Source: Erysipelotrichaceae bacterium (GTDB taxonomy: Bacteria > Bacillota_I > Bacilli_A > Erysipelotrichales > Erysipelotrichaceae). From it: a DNA stretch of 64,000 nucleotides. Every line of letters starts with the position of its first letter. Within the stretch, counting starts at the first letter, position 1. The notes beneath the pieces are model-generated. The model was not told the origin of the DNA and searched no databases. It saw only the letters and a list, made by a program, of their open reading frames with translations. This document shows, piece by piece, positions 40,757-51,775 of the stretch. Location: contig JBMNIN010000001.1 in NCBI GenBank assembly GCA_050950925.1, positions 87,638 to 151,637 on the forward strand, given 5' to 3'. Position numbers and translations under genes: made by a program.

Positions 40757-41638
40757 TCAATCACAAACTATATTTATTGCTTTTTGTACAACTTCAATTT
40801 TAACTTCTTTTGGTTCTCCGCCATATTCTCCATCTAAAGTCCAGGGCATCGGTTCATCAACAATAAACTCTATATTATCTGTCTTAAATATTTTGACCAG
40901 ATTATTATCCCCTTTACCTGACAACAGATAAGAGGCTATCGAACTCAATTCCAGTACATCGTAAGTGGCTTTTACCAGAGTTACTTCAAAAAGTCCGTCA
41001 TCCAGTTCCACATTCTGATTTGAAAGTTTATACAAACTCCCGACAGTCAGAGTATTCGTAACCATGCCATAAAGATATTCGTCTTCAGAAACAATGCCAT
41101 CTACTATAGTTTTTACTTTAAAAGCCTTCATTGAGGCAACCGATTTAATCCCCTGCAAAAAATAAGCCAGCTTGCCTAAAATGTTTTTCATTTCCTGCGT
41201 TGTTTCATAAGCAACATCGGTAAAAACTCCAAAAGCAGCCACATAGATAAAATATTTGTCGTTGAATTTTCCCACATCAATTCCTTTAGGTTTACCTTTT
41301 ATCGTCAGTCTGGCTGCCTTGTCCATATTTCTTGGTAATTTTAAACTGGCAGCGAAATCATTTACTGAACCGGCTGGAATATACCCTAAGGGATTACTGC
41401 TTTCTATTTCCATCATTCCATTGATTATTTCATGTAAAGTTCCATCTCCGCCAGAGCAAATAATCTTATCATATTTTTCAGCTTCATTTTTTATTAAATG
41501 ATATGCTTCTTTGCTTTTCTGAGTTGCATGTACCGTCAATTCAGCCTCCAGACTGCTAAAGTAGTTGAGAATAGCCCACAAATAATTTTTTATCTGAAGT
41601 TGTCCGGCAACGGGATTATAAATAAATAATATTTTCAT
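40757..41638 (-). CDS. dagK: Diacylglycerol/lipid kinase (DagK/YegS family)
   Basis: IFIYNPVAG and GGDGTLHEIINGM motifs. Start MKILFIYNP follows GGAGAG. Confidence 0.85.
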   Translation of the reverse strand: MKILFIYNPVAGQLQIKNYLWAILNYFSSLEAELTVHATQKSKEAYHLIKNEAEKYDKIICSGGDGTLHEIINGMMEIESSNPLGYIPAGSVNDFAASLKLPRNMDKAARLTIKGKPKGIDVGKFNDKYFIYVAAFGVFTDVAYETTQEMKNILGKLAYFLQGIKSVASMKAFKVKTIVDGIVSEDEYLYGMVTNTLTVGSLYKLSNQNVELDDGLFEVTLVKATYDVLELSSIASYLLSGKGDNNLVKIFKTDNIEFIVDEPMPWTLDGEYGGEPKEVKIEVVQKAINIVCD

Positions 41639-41724
41639 AACTCTCTCCAATATAATTTTATTTCTTTTTTCAGCAGATTACAAACTTTATCCGGATATGT
41701 GATAAAATATAATAGTCAATAATA

Positions 41725-42231
41725 ATGGAGGACGATATTTTGAAAGATTCCTTAATTAAAAATTTTAAAAAAATTATCCGTTTTATTACCGTTTTGCTTA
41801 TTGCCTGGGCAATATTATGGCTTCAGAACAATTATGACAGGTTTATACAGCAACCCGATGTTTTAAAACAGAATCAGATATCAGTTGAGGAAAATAAAAG
41901 TTATTTTGATAAAGAAAACGTTGCTCTGTATATCCATACTTTCCATCACCTGCCACCTAACTATGTAACTAAAAAAGAAGCCGGACAAGCCGGATGGACT
42001 GGTGGTTCTGTTGAAAAATATCTGCCAGGGAAAGCAATTGGCGGAGATATCTTTTCCAACAGAGAAAAACTTCTTCCTGTTAAAGAGGGCCGGATATATT
42101 ATGAATGCGACATTGACACTGCCAAAGAGAGTTCTCGAGGAGCAAAACGAATTGTCTTTTCTAATGATGGCCTGATTTATTATACCGATGATCATTACAA
42201 GTCCTTTGAACTGTTATATGGAGAACCGTGA
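41725..42231 (+). CDS. Barnase-type (N1/T1 superfamily) ribonuclease with N-terminal signal/anchor
   Basis: The C-terminal 110 aa align by eye with barnase (LPPNYVTKKEA...GGDIFSNREKLLP...ECDI...RIVFSNDGLIYYTDDHYKSF). An N-terminal hydrophobic helix is present. Confidence 0.85.
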   Translation: MEDDILKDSLIKNFKKIIRFITVLLIAWAILWLQNNYDRFIQQPDVLKQNQISVEENKSYFDKENVALYIHTFHHLPPNYVTKKEAGQAGWTGGSVEKYLPGKAIGGDIFSNREKLLPVKEGRIYYECDIDTAKESSRGAKRIVFSNDGLIYYTDDHYKSFELLYGEP

Positions 42232-42233
42232 TT

Positions 42234-42503
42234 ATGAATGTTTATGTATTAAATGGAAAAATGTTTACTGATAAAAAGTCCTCCTATTTTTACCTGAAAA
42301 AGATGTTGCCGTTACCGGCTTACTGTTCAGATAATCTTGACAGTCTGTATGACTGTCTGGTTGATTATCTGCAGAATACCACGATTATTCTTATTAATCA
42401 GCAATATCTGATTGAACAGCTGGCCGATTATGGCCAGGATATTATTAATGTTTTTGAAGATGTCGCTAAAGATGTTACAAACTTTACATTTATCAGACAA
42501 TAA
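42234..42503 (+). CDS. Barstar-family ribonuclease inhibitor
   Basis: Sequence VLNGKMFTDKKSSYFYLKKMLPLPAYCSDNLDSLYDCL matches the barstar pattern. Overlaps the RNase stop. Confidence 0.85.
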   Translation: MNVYVLNGKMFTDKKSSYFYLKKMLPLPAYCSDNLDSLYDCLVDYLQNTTIILINQQYLIEQLADYGQDIINVFEDVAKDVTNFTFIRQ

Positions 42504-42585
42504 AACCAGGTTTCTGCCTGGTTTTAATTTCACTGATTTAACATAAATCCAGATTTAAAACCTGGATTTTTTACGTATTCTGATA

Positions 42586-43650
42586 CTATTCAAATAATTT
42601 TTTTAAGTTTATATCAAATGGCGGATAAACAATTCCCTTTTCGGTCACAAAGCCTGTCAATAGACTATGGTCTGTTACATCAAAGGCAGGATTATAACAC
42701 TTCACTCCCTTTGGAGCCATCGGCTTTTCATACCATTTTTCAGCTATTTCACCTGGATCTCTTAATTCAATTTCAATATGGTCACCATCAGGACAATTCA
42801 TATCAATAGTACTTGTCGGTCCCAATGAGTAAACAGGTATTCCATAATGCTTAGCCAGGATAGCTACTGCACTTGTGCCTATTTTGTTGGCAAAATCACC
42901 ATTAGCCGCTATTCTGTCACAACCGACAAAGCAGGCATTTATCCAGCCGTTTTTCATAACAATACTGGCCATATTATCGCAGATAAGTGTCACATCTACC
43001 CCTGCTTTTTGCAGTTCAAGAGTTGTAAGTCTCGCGCCTTGTAACAGCGGTCTGGTTTCATCAGCAAACACTTTGAAATTATATCCTCTCTGTTTTCCAA
43101 GAATAAGCGGTCCAATAGCTGTACCACGACTGGTTGCCAGAGGTCCGGTATTACAGTGTGTTAAAACACCATCACCATCTTTCAATAAAGACAAACCGTA
43201 TTCACAAATCTTCAGACACATCTCTTTATCTTCACGATGTATTTTTTTAGCCTCTAAACCTATCAGTCTGACTATTTCTTTAACGTCTTTATCCCTGTTG
43301 TCCAAGACCGTTTTTTCTATTCTGTTCAGTGCCCAAGGCAGATTAACCGCCGTCGGTCTGGAAGAATTCAGATATTCTTTTTCTTTTGTAAATCTCTGAT
43401 AAAACTCTTCAAAACCCAAATCAGCATATTGCTGTGTCAGCACATACATCGAATAACCGGCAAATATTCCAATTGCCGGAGCACCTCGAATCTGAAGTGT
43501 TTTAATTGCCTGATATAAATCTTCCAGTTTATTTAAATGGAGATAGACGACATCATTTGGCAACTGTACCTGGTCAATTATTATTATTTCTTTTTCATCA
43601 GGGCTGAGTTGCACATTTTCAAAAAAACTTCCTTCTTTTAAATCAGTCAT
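42586..43650 (-). CDS. mtnA: S-methyl-5-thioribose-1-phosphate isomerase
   Basis: eIF-2B/MtnA family motifs [19 protein letters not shown] and [10 protein letters not shown]. Start MTDLKEG follows AAGGAG. Confidence 0.85.
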   Translation of the reverse strand: MTDLKEGSFFENVQLSPDEKEIIIIDQVQLPNDVVYLHLNKLEDLYQAIKTLQIRGAPAIGIFAGYSMYVLTQQYADLGFEEFYQRFTKEKEYLNSSRPTAVNLPWALNRIEKTVLDNRDKDVKEIVRLIGLEAKKIHREDKEMCLKICEYGLSLLKDGDGVLTHCNTGPLATSRGTAIGPLILGKQRGYNFKVFADETRPLLQGARLTTLELQKAGVDVTLICDNMASIVMKNGWINACFVGCDRIAANGDFANKIGTSAVAILAKHYGIPVYSLGPTSTIDMNCPDGDHIEIELRDPGEIAEKWYEKPMAPKGVKCYNPAFDVTDHSLLTGFVTEKGIVYPPFDINLKKLFE

Positions 43651-43651
43651 A

Positions 43652-44422
43652 CTACTCCTTTTCAATTAATATCTTAATCGCTTCAACAGCTACTCTGATT
43701 GCTAAATCAGTATCATGATGCTGAACATTTTCCAAATTCGCTTTAGCTCGTTCCTGATTGGCTACCACAAGAAAACATGATCCAACTTTTACTTTCAGGT
43801 AGTTGGCTACAATAAACAGCGCGGCTGATTCCATTTCCGATGCCACAGTACCAAGCTTTAACCAGGCATCCCATTTTCTTAACAGTTCCTGTCCATTTGG
43901 CAGAGTTTCAGGGCGATGCTGTCCATAAAAAGAATCTTTACAATGTACAATCCCGGTATGGTAATTTGCCTTCAGATTTTTGCTTGCCTGAATCAAAGCA
44001 TTTGTTATATCTAAATCAGCAACTGCCGGAAACTCAATCGGAGCATATTCTTTCGTTGTACCTTCCTGTCTGATAGCTCCTGTAGCGATGACTACATCTC
44101 CACCTTTAATATCCAGCTGCATACCTCCACAGGTCCCGACTCTGATAAATTTCCTGGCTCCACATTTTACTAATTCTTCCAAAGCGATTGAAGCACTTGG
44201 ACCACCGATACCGGTAGAAGTTACTGAAACTTTCTTTCCATTAATGTAACCGGTATAAGTAACATATTCTCTATTATCGCCAACAAGTCTGGCATCGTCA
44301 AAATACCTGGCAATTTTTTCACATCTTTTTGGATCGCCTGGTAAAATTACATATTCTCCAACATCACCCGGACCTACACCAATGTGATATTCTTTTCCGG
44401 TACCTTTTGCATAATCAGTCAT
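43652..44422 (-). CDS. PNP/UDP_1-family nucleoside phosphorylase (uridine-phosphorylase-like)
   Basis: [25 protein letters not shown] and SEMESAALF motifs. Translationally adjacent to mtnA. Confidence 0.7.
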   Translation of the reverse strand: MTDYAKGTGKEYHIGVGPGDVGEYVILPGDPKRCEKIARYFDDARLVGDNREYVTYTGYINGKKVSVTSTGIGGPSASIALEELVKCGARKFIRVGTCGGMQLDIKGGDVVIATGAIRQEGTTKEYAPIEFPAVADLDITNALIQASKNLKANYHTGIVHCKDSFYGQHRPETLPNGQELLRKWDAWLKLGTVASEMESAALFIVANYLKVKVGSCFLVVANQERAKANLENVQHHDTDLAIRVAVEAIKILIEKE

Positions 44423-44598
44423 AGTATTATCTCCTTTTCTCTTTAATTGTACAAATTAATTATATCACAAATTAAAAGATGAGATATAATTGGTATATAA
44501 TTAGAAATCTGTCAACAGAAAATTTATGCTATTTATAAATATAACTGCTTGACTTACTGTTTAAAAACAAAAAATAATAGATAAAAGGAGCTAATATT

Positions 44599-45360
44599 AT
44601 GAACAATGACGTTCTTTATCAAATGATTTTTAAAAGAAAATCATTTCACCTGTTCAGATGTGAAACCTTTCCTATCACTACTGGAGAAATTGACAATATT
44701 TATTCCGTTTTTAATTCAATAGCGCCACTGGACAGTAGTATAAAAACAAAAATAAAAATTGTCAAAGCTGAAGATTCAGGATGTAAAGTCGGCAATGAAT
44801 ATACCATCATGTTTTATAGCGAGACTAAAGGCAATTATCTTACAAACATTGGATATCTTGGACAGATATTGGATTTGTATCTGGTTTCAAAAAACATCGG
44901 GACTCTCTGGTATGGATTGGGAAAAGCTAAAGAGAAAAAATGTAATGACCTGGATTTTGTAATTATGATGGGCATTGCTAAGGTCAGCCCTGACAATTTC
45001 AGAAAAGATATGTTCAGAATAAACAGAAAGCCTTTAGAGCAGATATGGAATGGTGATTATCTTTCAATCTCAAACATCATCAGATTTGCTCCAAGCTCCT
45101 GTAACAATCAGCCCTGGACAGTGGAAAACATTGACAACTGTCTAAATATTTATCGAAACCACAAAGGACGTATGTATGGGGTTCTGCCGCCAAAATTTTC
45201 ATTTTTTATGACCAGAATTGATATGGGTATCTTTCTGGCCTTTGTGGAAACCTGTCTGACCTATGAAAATATTTCTTTTGAAAAGGAAATATATGTTGAT
45301 GATAAAAAGGTTGATAAGTTTCTGCTTGCCAAATACCATCTCAAAATAAAAGAGGGTTGA
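44599..45360 (+). CDS. Nitroreductase-family protein
   Basis: KRKSFHLF near the N-terminus and RFAPSSCNNQPW. 253 aa. Confidence 0.6.
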   Translation: MNNDVLYQMIFKRKSFHLFRCETFPITTGEIDNIYSVFNSIAPLDSSIKTKIKIVKAEDSGCKVGNEYTIMFYSETKGNYLTNIGYLGQILDLYLVSKNIGTLWYGLGKAKEKKCNDLDFVIMMGIAKVSPDNFRKDMFRINRKPLEQIWNGDYLSISNIIRFAPSSCNNQPWTVENIDNCLNIYRNHKGRMYGVLPPKFSFFMTRIDMGIFLAFVETCLTYENISFEKEIYVDDKKVDKFLLAKYHLKIKEG

Positions 45361-45366
45361 CCTCTT

Positions 45367-47970
45367 TTATTTTTTCAGAATAACTGTCTGATATGGATTT
45401 AAAGTAATACTGTTTACTTTTCCCTGATAAATATTTAAAGTATCCAGGTAAATCTCATAACCGCTACAGTCAAAAGTATAATTGCTGACCAGACCATTAC
45501 CATGAATGACAACATAATGACTAACACCATCATTTAATTCATATCTTAAAACTGCACCGTTCTGTTCTCTTAACACATCGATATAACTGTTATTCTGATG
45601 CAAGTCAGTTACTTTCTGTTTGAAACTGATAAGTTTCTGATACGAACTGAATACGTCAGGATGTTTTACTTTTAAACTGTAATCTAATCCGTTTATTTCA
45701 TCAGTGGACATATAAGAGTTGAAGTCCCCCTGTTTGGTTCTCAACATCTCTTCGCCAGCCAGCATAAAAGTCGTTCCATTTGATGTAAATACTACCGAAT
45801 TGGCTAATACACACATCTTTTTAATTACATCCTCATCTTCAATACCGGCAGCTTTACATCTGTCAAACAGCGTATAGTTGTCATGGCAGGTCACATAATT
45901 AACAGTTTTATTGCTGTCACTTATGATATAGGTTGCGCTATAAGTAATACCATTGATCCCATTTTGAATAGCTTTTAAATCACTTTCAATCAACGCTTCT
46001 CCTGTTACCCAGCCCTTTTCATGAGCGCCAGATAATCCTCCTTTAATTAAAGCATCACGCATCTGATCATTAAACTGTCCATAACCTGTAAATTCATTGG
46101 CGTTTGCCTGTTTAGCCTGTCTGTCAGCTTTTAAAGGAGTGGCTCCTCCAGTCCAGGGTTCACCATAAATAACAATATATGGATTTATTTTTTTGGCATT
46201 TTCAGCGACCATATTCATCGTTTCAATATCATGCAGACCCATCAGGTCAAATCTGTATCCTCCCAGTTTGTATTCTTTAGTCCAGAAATTAATGCTGTCA
46301 ATGATAAATTTTCTCATCATGGCATTTTCACTGGCTGTTTCATTACCACATCCAGAACCATTTGCCAGTGTGCCGTTTTCATTATATCTGAAATAATATT
46401 CCGGCATCAGAACATCAAAATTTGAACCTATTGCTCCTGCCACATGATTATAAACAACATCCATAATGACACTCACTCCTATTTCATTAAAGGCCATTAC
46501 TACTTCTTTAAATTCCCTGATTCTGACATAGCCATCATATGGATCACTGCTGTACATTCCTTCTAAAGCATTATAGTTTAACGGATTATAACCCCAGTTG
46601 AAAGTATATTTTGTTTCATCATTTGCCTGGTCATAAACGGGAATAAACTGAATAGCATTGATTCCCAGTTCCTTGATATGATCAAAGCCGGTTGATACAG
46701 TTATACCATTTTCGCTGTAGGTTGTTCCCTTCTCAATAACTCCCAGATACTTTCTTCTGTTTTCCTCACTTCCCTGCCATGACGGATTAGAAGTAACATC
46801 GGCAATATGAGTCTCCCAGACGGTTAACTGTTTTCTATCCAGACTTAAATATTTAACCTTATCCCAACCATCCGGATTAGTTAAAGAGAAATCAACAATC
46901 ATCCCTCTTAATCCATTTATTCCAGTACTTCTTGCATATGGATCAACAATTTCTTTTCCTTCAGGATAAGCACTGTTATAAACAACATAGGTGTAATACT
47001 TTCCCTGATTATTACCTTTTAACACATATTCAAAGACACCTTTTTCTTTTTTCGCCATTTCATATTGTTGGTAACTGTCACAGCCTTTTTCTTTAGAAAC
47101 ACTGACAGGTGTTCCATTTTCATATATTCTTAAATATATTTTAGTTGATACTGGAGACCATACTTTAAACAGCGTTTCATTTTTTGAATAAATAGCCCCT
47201 AACTGACCGCTATAATAATACAGATTATTAAACATTTCACTTCCGTATAAATTAGACATTGAAATTTGTGCTGTCAGAGTCTGTTTTGATTCTCTAAATA
47301 ATATCTCTACCTGATAGTCTTTTGAAAAATCGGCCTTCTCTTCCATTTTATGAGAGAAAAAACTCTTTCCGGCATTGGAATTTTCTGCCACCAGCTGCCC
47401 ATTACAATAAATCCTGTATGTTTCAATCGGGTTTGAACAGACTACATATACCAGCTCTTCATTATAAAATGTTGAAATATTTATTGAATCAGTAACAATT
47501 TTTTCTGCTGTTGTATATAGATTAGCATCATCTCCAGCCAGATAGATATGATAAACATTGTTTTCATCCTTTGTAAGAGTTGAAAAATCAATAAATCTGT
47601 CCGCTTCGGTACCGTCTTTAGTCCATGAACCCTTAGTTTTTACAATAATACCTAATCTGTTTGATGATAAATCACCAAAAAGAGAAAGCGGATAATGAGC
47701 AATTACTCCATAATCATCCTGGTAATTGAAGTCATTTTCTTCATTATCGTCAACCCCGTCAGGGTCCCATAACCACAGTGTCCATTTTTCATATTTATTG
47801 TCTTCTCTCTGATAATGGATTTGTATTGAATCTTCTTCCATCATTACTATTTCTGTTGGCAAATTAACATCTCTTTGAGGATAAGCCGGCTTTTTTGGAC
47901 CACATCCAAACAAAGAAAACACAATAAACAATGCCATCAGCAAACACCACATTCTTTTGTATTTATTCAT
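45367..47970 (-). CDS. pulA: Type I pullulanase lipoprotein (GH13)
   Basis: Lipobox LFGC. GH13 regions DVVYNHV, GYRFDLMG, YGEPW and YVTCHDN. N-terminal CBM-like repeats. 867 aa. Confidence 0.9.
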   Translation of the reverse strand: MNKYKRMWCLLMALFIVFSLFGCGPKKPAYPQRDVNLPTEIVMMEEDSIQIHYQREDNKYEKWTLWLWDPDGVDDNEENDFNYQDDYGVIAHYPLSLFGDLSSNRLGIIVKTKGSWTKDGTEADRFIDFSTLTKDENNVYHIYLAGDDANLYTTAEKIVTDSINISTFYNEELVYVVCSNPIETYRIYCNGQLVAENSNAGKSFFSHKMEEKADFSKDYQVEILFRESKQTLTAQISMSNLYGSEMFNNLYYYSGQLGAIYSKNETLFKVWSPVSTKIYLRIYENGTPVSVSKEKGCDSYQQYEMAKKEKGVFEYVLKGNNQGKYYTYVVYNSAYPEGKEIVDPYARSTGINGLRGMIVDFSLTNPDGWDKVKYLSLDRKQLTVWETHIADVTSNPSWQGSEENRRKYLGVIEKGTTYSENGITVSTGFDHIKELGINAIQFIPVYDQANDETKYTFNWGYNPLNYNALEGMYSSDPYDGYVRIREFKEVVMAFNEIGVSVIMDVVYNHVAGAIGSNFDVLMPEYYFRYNENGTLANGSGCGNETASENAMMRKFIIDSINFWTKEYKLGGYRFDLMGLHDIETMNMVAENAKKINPYIVIYGEPWTGGATPLKADRQAKQANANEFTGYGQFNDQMRDALIKGGLSGAHEKGWVTGEALIESDLKAIQNGINGITYSATYIISDSNKTVNYVTCHDNYTLFDRCKAAGIEDEDVIKKMCVLANSVVFTSNGTTFMLAGEEMLRTKQGDFNSYMSTDEINGLDYSLKVKHPDVFSSYQKLISFKQKVTDLHQNNSYIDVLREQNGAVLRYELNDGVSHYVVIHGNGLVSNYTFDCSGYEIYLDTLNIYQGKVNSITLNPYQTVILKK

Positions 47971-48122
47971 ATTTCCTCCATCTATATTTTACTTTGTTTT
48001 ACATATTTAATTATATTACATAATCAACTGTTTATTCAAAACAATCAATTTTATAGATAAATCTTGATACAATCCGGTCAAATAGTATAGTATAATATTA
48101 CTAGCCATACAGGAGGATTTAA

Positions 48123-49334
48123 ATGTCTATTAATAGAGTTCTTTCGTTTCTAAAAAAACAAGGTGTTTTAGATCTTACCAATAATAAAAAGCTTGACACC
48201 GAGTTAGCAACTTCGTATCTTTCTGTTCTTTTTGAGTCAGACAGATATTCTGATCAGCATATAAGTAATAAAGATTATTTTGCCCAGTCTGTCAAAAATG
48301 CTTTCCTGTATTTTGATGGAAATGGCTTTGCCAGTAAAATCTACACTTCATTGTGTTATTTTTTTGATGAACTCTTAAGTAAAGACGACTACTATATATT
48401 TGCTGACAAGCTTATCCATAAGATTTCCGGCACCAGAAATTTATCAAAATATATTAATATGAACACTTTCATCAGAAACTGCAAAGCTGACTTTGATCCT
48501 TCATCAGTTGAATTTAAAAAAACAGATGGAATGATTTTAAAGGATGAAAAATCATTTTTATCCGGTTTCAAAAGAGATTACCATTATAAGCGGATTGTTT
48601 TATGTTATGACCAGTTGCCTGGTCTGTTTATCTTTGATACCTCAACAACTTATCTGGATTTAGATAAGGATGTTTATGTTTATTTCATCGATGTTAAGGG
48701 AGAAGCCTATCAATTTGACAGTGAAGGAATTCAGGTAAACAAGAGAAAGAAAACTGTTACTGTTTCCCTGCCGGTAAGATCAAATGTTATTGTTTCAAAT
48801 TATCCAGTCATTAAAAGAGTGGCTCAAAAATTAGAAGATAAAACTGCTGAAATGAAAAAAACAGCTGCTGATGATGTTAAAAATGAAATTAAAGAAGATA
48901 CAGCTTCAGTCAAAACAACGGGAAAAACAGTAAAACAGCCTAAGCCACAGCAGAACAGACAGGAAGTTCAAAAAAAAGTAATACCGACTCCTGAAAAAGG
49001 AACTGCTATTAAACGGTTAACTTCTAAACAGATTAGAGCTAATCCTAAACTCTTAGCCAGAGAAAGACAGGGTTTGAAGAAAGCTATTACTTCTTCATAT
49101 TCTAATAAATTTTTCTACCTGCCGGCTATAAGCGCCGGGAAATACAAATTATCTAATGTTCATCTGAATTCTTTAGATATAACATATGGATTTCTGATGG
49201 TAGGATTCAGTTTAATAACATTTGAAGTTTTAAAAAATGCCGTAAAGATTTTAGGAAAATTACCTGATGGCACAATTATTTATGAAGTCGTCGAAGACTG
49301 TCATGTAGTTGTATTTGCCGGAAGAAAACCATAA
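48123..49334 (+). CDS. Hypothetical protein with Lys-rich central linker
   Basis: 403-aa ORF with AGGAGGA RBS upstream. No family recognised. Confidence 0.5.
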   Translation: MSINRVLSFLKKQGVLDLTNNKKLDTELATSYLSVLFESDRYSDQHISNKDYFAQSVKNAFLYFDGNGFASKIYTSLCYFFDELLSKDDYYIFADKLIHKISGTRNLSKYINMNTFIRNCKADFDPSSVEFKKTDGMILKDEKSFLSGFKRDYHYKRIVLCYDQLPGLFIFDTSTTYLDLDKDVYVYFIDVKGEAYQFDSEGIQVNKRKKTVTVSLPVRSNVIVSNYPVIKRVAQKLEDKTAEMKKTAADDVKNEIKEDTASVKTTGKTVKQPKPQQNRQEVQKKVIPTPEKGTAIKRLTSKQIRANPKLLARERQGLKKAITSSYSNKFFYLPAISAGKYKLSNVHLNSLDITYGFLMVGFSLITFEVLKNAVKILGKLPDGTIIYEVVEDCHVVVFAGRKP

Positions 49335-49449
49335 ATACTAATATTATAGAATTAAAACAGGTAATTAGTAATTATTTCAACCTGTAAAACAAAAAAGGTG
49401 GTAAAAAAATTCACCTTTTCATTTTCATTAAATAGATTTTTCTAGTCCT

Positions 49450-51192
49450 TTACTGCTGCTTTTCTCCTTTGTCGGTTAAGAATATCAGAGTGCTGACAGA
49501 AAAACACATCAGCGTCAGCCACAGATAATACACACCACCATCTCCTGTTTCAGGTACACCACTAAATGGTGCTTTAATTTCAAGTATGCCAAAAGCAGTT
49601 CCTGGTATAGAAACTATTTCCACCTGATGAATTCCTAAAGACAGAGTTTCTAAAAATTCAGGATTAAAAGTAACAGCCGTTGAACCTTCTTCTACCGCAT
49701 AACCTGATCCATCAACCTCATTTCCATCCACTTTAACAGAAATAAAATCGACAAACTCCGCATTTGAAACAAAACCAGCATATACATTTGAACCTTTAAT
49801 CCATACTGGAGGTTGTTTGATCATTTTTATCTGCTCAGGATCAGCTGTATAAACAGGTCTGATAATAATATCAGCAGTAATGCTTTTACCATCGTGGCTC
49901 CATACACCAGTATATCCTGTTTTTTCAGGAAAAACTTCAGCAGTTGCATCAAAGCCATACTCTATAGTTTGTGGACTGCCGATTGTATTGCCATGTTCAT
50001 CCTGATAAGTGACAACAAAAGTTTTAATTATATAGTTTAAATCAACAACAACTCCCATCATCAGTCCAGGTATGCCAGGTGCTTTTAAATCATAATAATA
50101 TTTAATTTTACTGATTTTGTCAGCAGGATTAATAAGCAGTATTCCGGCATCTGAATCATATTCTGTTGTTACAGGTAAATTTCCATCATTTTCCTGTTTT
50201 ACATCAGTAATTCTGGCAACACCATCTTCCGGAGTAGAAAACAAAGCAGACAAATCAAATTTATACATCCCATTTTCAAAATCAGAATCCAGTAAAGTTG
50301 GACAGTTTTGAGGAGAATTAGAGGCACCGGAAACAAATAAACTCATCAGTTCATTATTATTGCTCAAATCAAGTGCTGTTAATTGATTGTTATGAAAAAA
50401 TAAACTTTTTAAACCTGTATTGCTACTGACATCCAGGGAAGTTATTTTATTATTATGACAACGTAAATCTTCCAGTTTAATATTGTTGCTGACATCCAAA
50501 GAAATCAGCCTGTTGGTATGACATATTAAAATCTTTAACTCACTGTTATTGCTGACATTTAAAGAATCCAGATTGTTGGCACAACAATACAGTGTCATCA
50601 ATTTAATATTATTATCAACATTTAAAGTATTCAGGCAATTATATCCACAATGAAGATATGTCAACTCGCTGTTACTGCTGATATCCAGAGCTAACAGCGC
50701 ATTGTATGAACAGTTTAATTGTATTAGTGCTGTATTATTGCTGATATCAAGTTCTTCAAGCAGATTGCTATAGCAGTATAAATATTCCAATTTAAAATTG
50801 CTGCTGACATTTACAGTAGTTAACTTGTTGTTATAGCACATCAGTTCTGTCAATTCGCCATTGCTGCTGACATCCAGAGAAGTTAACTGATTACCACTAC
50901 AAAGCAATCTTTTTAATTCAGTAAAATGTTCCATACCTGTAAGGTCACTAATATTTTTATTTCGGCAATCTATGACTTTAACACCCTCTAATTCAGAGAG
51001 AGATAATATATCATCATTATTTGCGTCAAAGGAAATTTTTACATAACTTCTAAAATTATCATCAGGAAAATTGATTTCATTAATCTCTACACTGCCACCA
51101 GCAGATACGACAATAGCTTTCGAAACTAAAAAGCAAAGCATCAATACAAAAACAATAATTTTTGATAACAATTGTCTTTTATTTTTTACCAT
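49450..51192 (-). CDS. Cell-wall-anchored leucine-rich-repeat surface protein
   Basis: Signal peptide, about 10 tandem 22-23-aa LRRs (L..LD.S.N..L..L.C..N.L), and a C-terminal VPETG sorting motif followed by a hydrophobic helix and a charged tail. Confidence 0.8.
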   Translation of the reverse strand: MVKNKRQLLSKIIVFVLMLCFLVSKAIVVSAGGSVEINEINFPDDNFRSYVKISFDANNDDILSLSELEGVKVIDCRNKNISDLTGMEHFTELKRLLCSGNQLTSLDVSSNGELTELMCYNNKLTTVNVSSNFKLEYLYCYSNLLEELDISNNTALIQLNCSYNALLALDISSNSELTYLHCGYNCLNTLNVDNNIKLMTLYCCANNLDSLNVSNNSELKILICHTNRLISLDVSNNIKLEDLRCHNNKITSLDVSSNTGLKSLFFHNNQLTALDLSNNNELMSLFVSGASNSPQNCPTLLDSDFENGMYKFDLSALFSTPEDGVARITDVKQENDGNLPVTTEYDSDAGILLINPADKISKIKYYYDLKAPGIPGLMMGVVVDLNYIIKTFVVTYQDEHGNTIGSPQTIEYGFDATAEVFPEKTGYTGVWSHDGKSITADIIIRPVYTADPEQIKMIKQPPVWIKGSNVYAGFVSNAEFVDFISVKVDGNEVDGSGYAVEEGSTAVTFNPEFLETLSLGIHQVEIVSIPGTAFGILEIKAPFSGVPETGDGGVYYLWLTLMCFSVSTLIFLTDKGEKQQ

Positions 51193-51775
51193 CCTCTATT
51201 TCCTCTTCTCTTATATTTATTGTAAAACTATTTTATAAATACTCTGACACATCTTGATATTACACAGAAATCACTGGTAAAGTTAAGTTTAACAGCGCTC
51301 TCATTAAAACGCATGTTCATTTGAATTATATCATAATCTCAGTTATATTCATAATTCAGCATATTTTACCTGTGACTTCAAAAAAATACCTTCTAATGCT
51401 TCTATATCAATTTCATAATAAAAAATTGAGCCCTGCTTAATTTTTTTTCTCTGTGGAAAAGATAAGTAGCTTTAATAATAAATTTGTGAACATTTTGTAC
51501 TCTTTTATACCTAAATAATACCGTTTACAGGGATTTATTGGTATTTTTGAAACAATAATTATTATAATTGTATTTAGTTCGTATGTAAAAAAACACTAGT
51601 TTGTTTCAACAGTTTAACATCAGCACTTAACATATGTTCCTTGTCTGCCAGTACTGAATCCTTTTCTAAATCATACCTAAAATGGTTAAAAATAAAAAAA
51701 CCTTTATTGATATGATCCCTCCAAAGTAGACACACGAAATATACAAAAGTGAGTTTACAGAGGAGGGATTTTATT

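Noticed and set aside
42875-43399. 174-aa plus-strand ORF (and 42618-42809, 42847-43044) antisense to mtnA; similar shadow ORFs at 1182-1397, 1686-1871, 22632-23111, 25955-26302, 35758-36297, 60870-62483 and others
   Set aside because: Each lies entirely inside a well-supported gene on the opposite strand. Their composition is low-complexity, they lack an RBS and they show no family resemblance. Typical antisense shadow ORFs.
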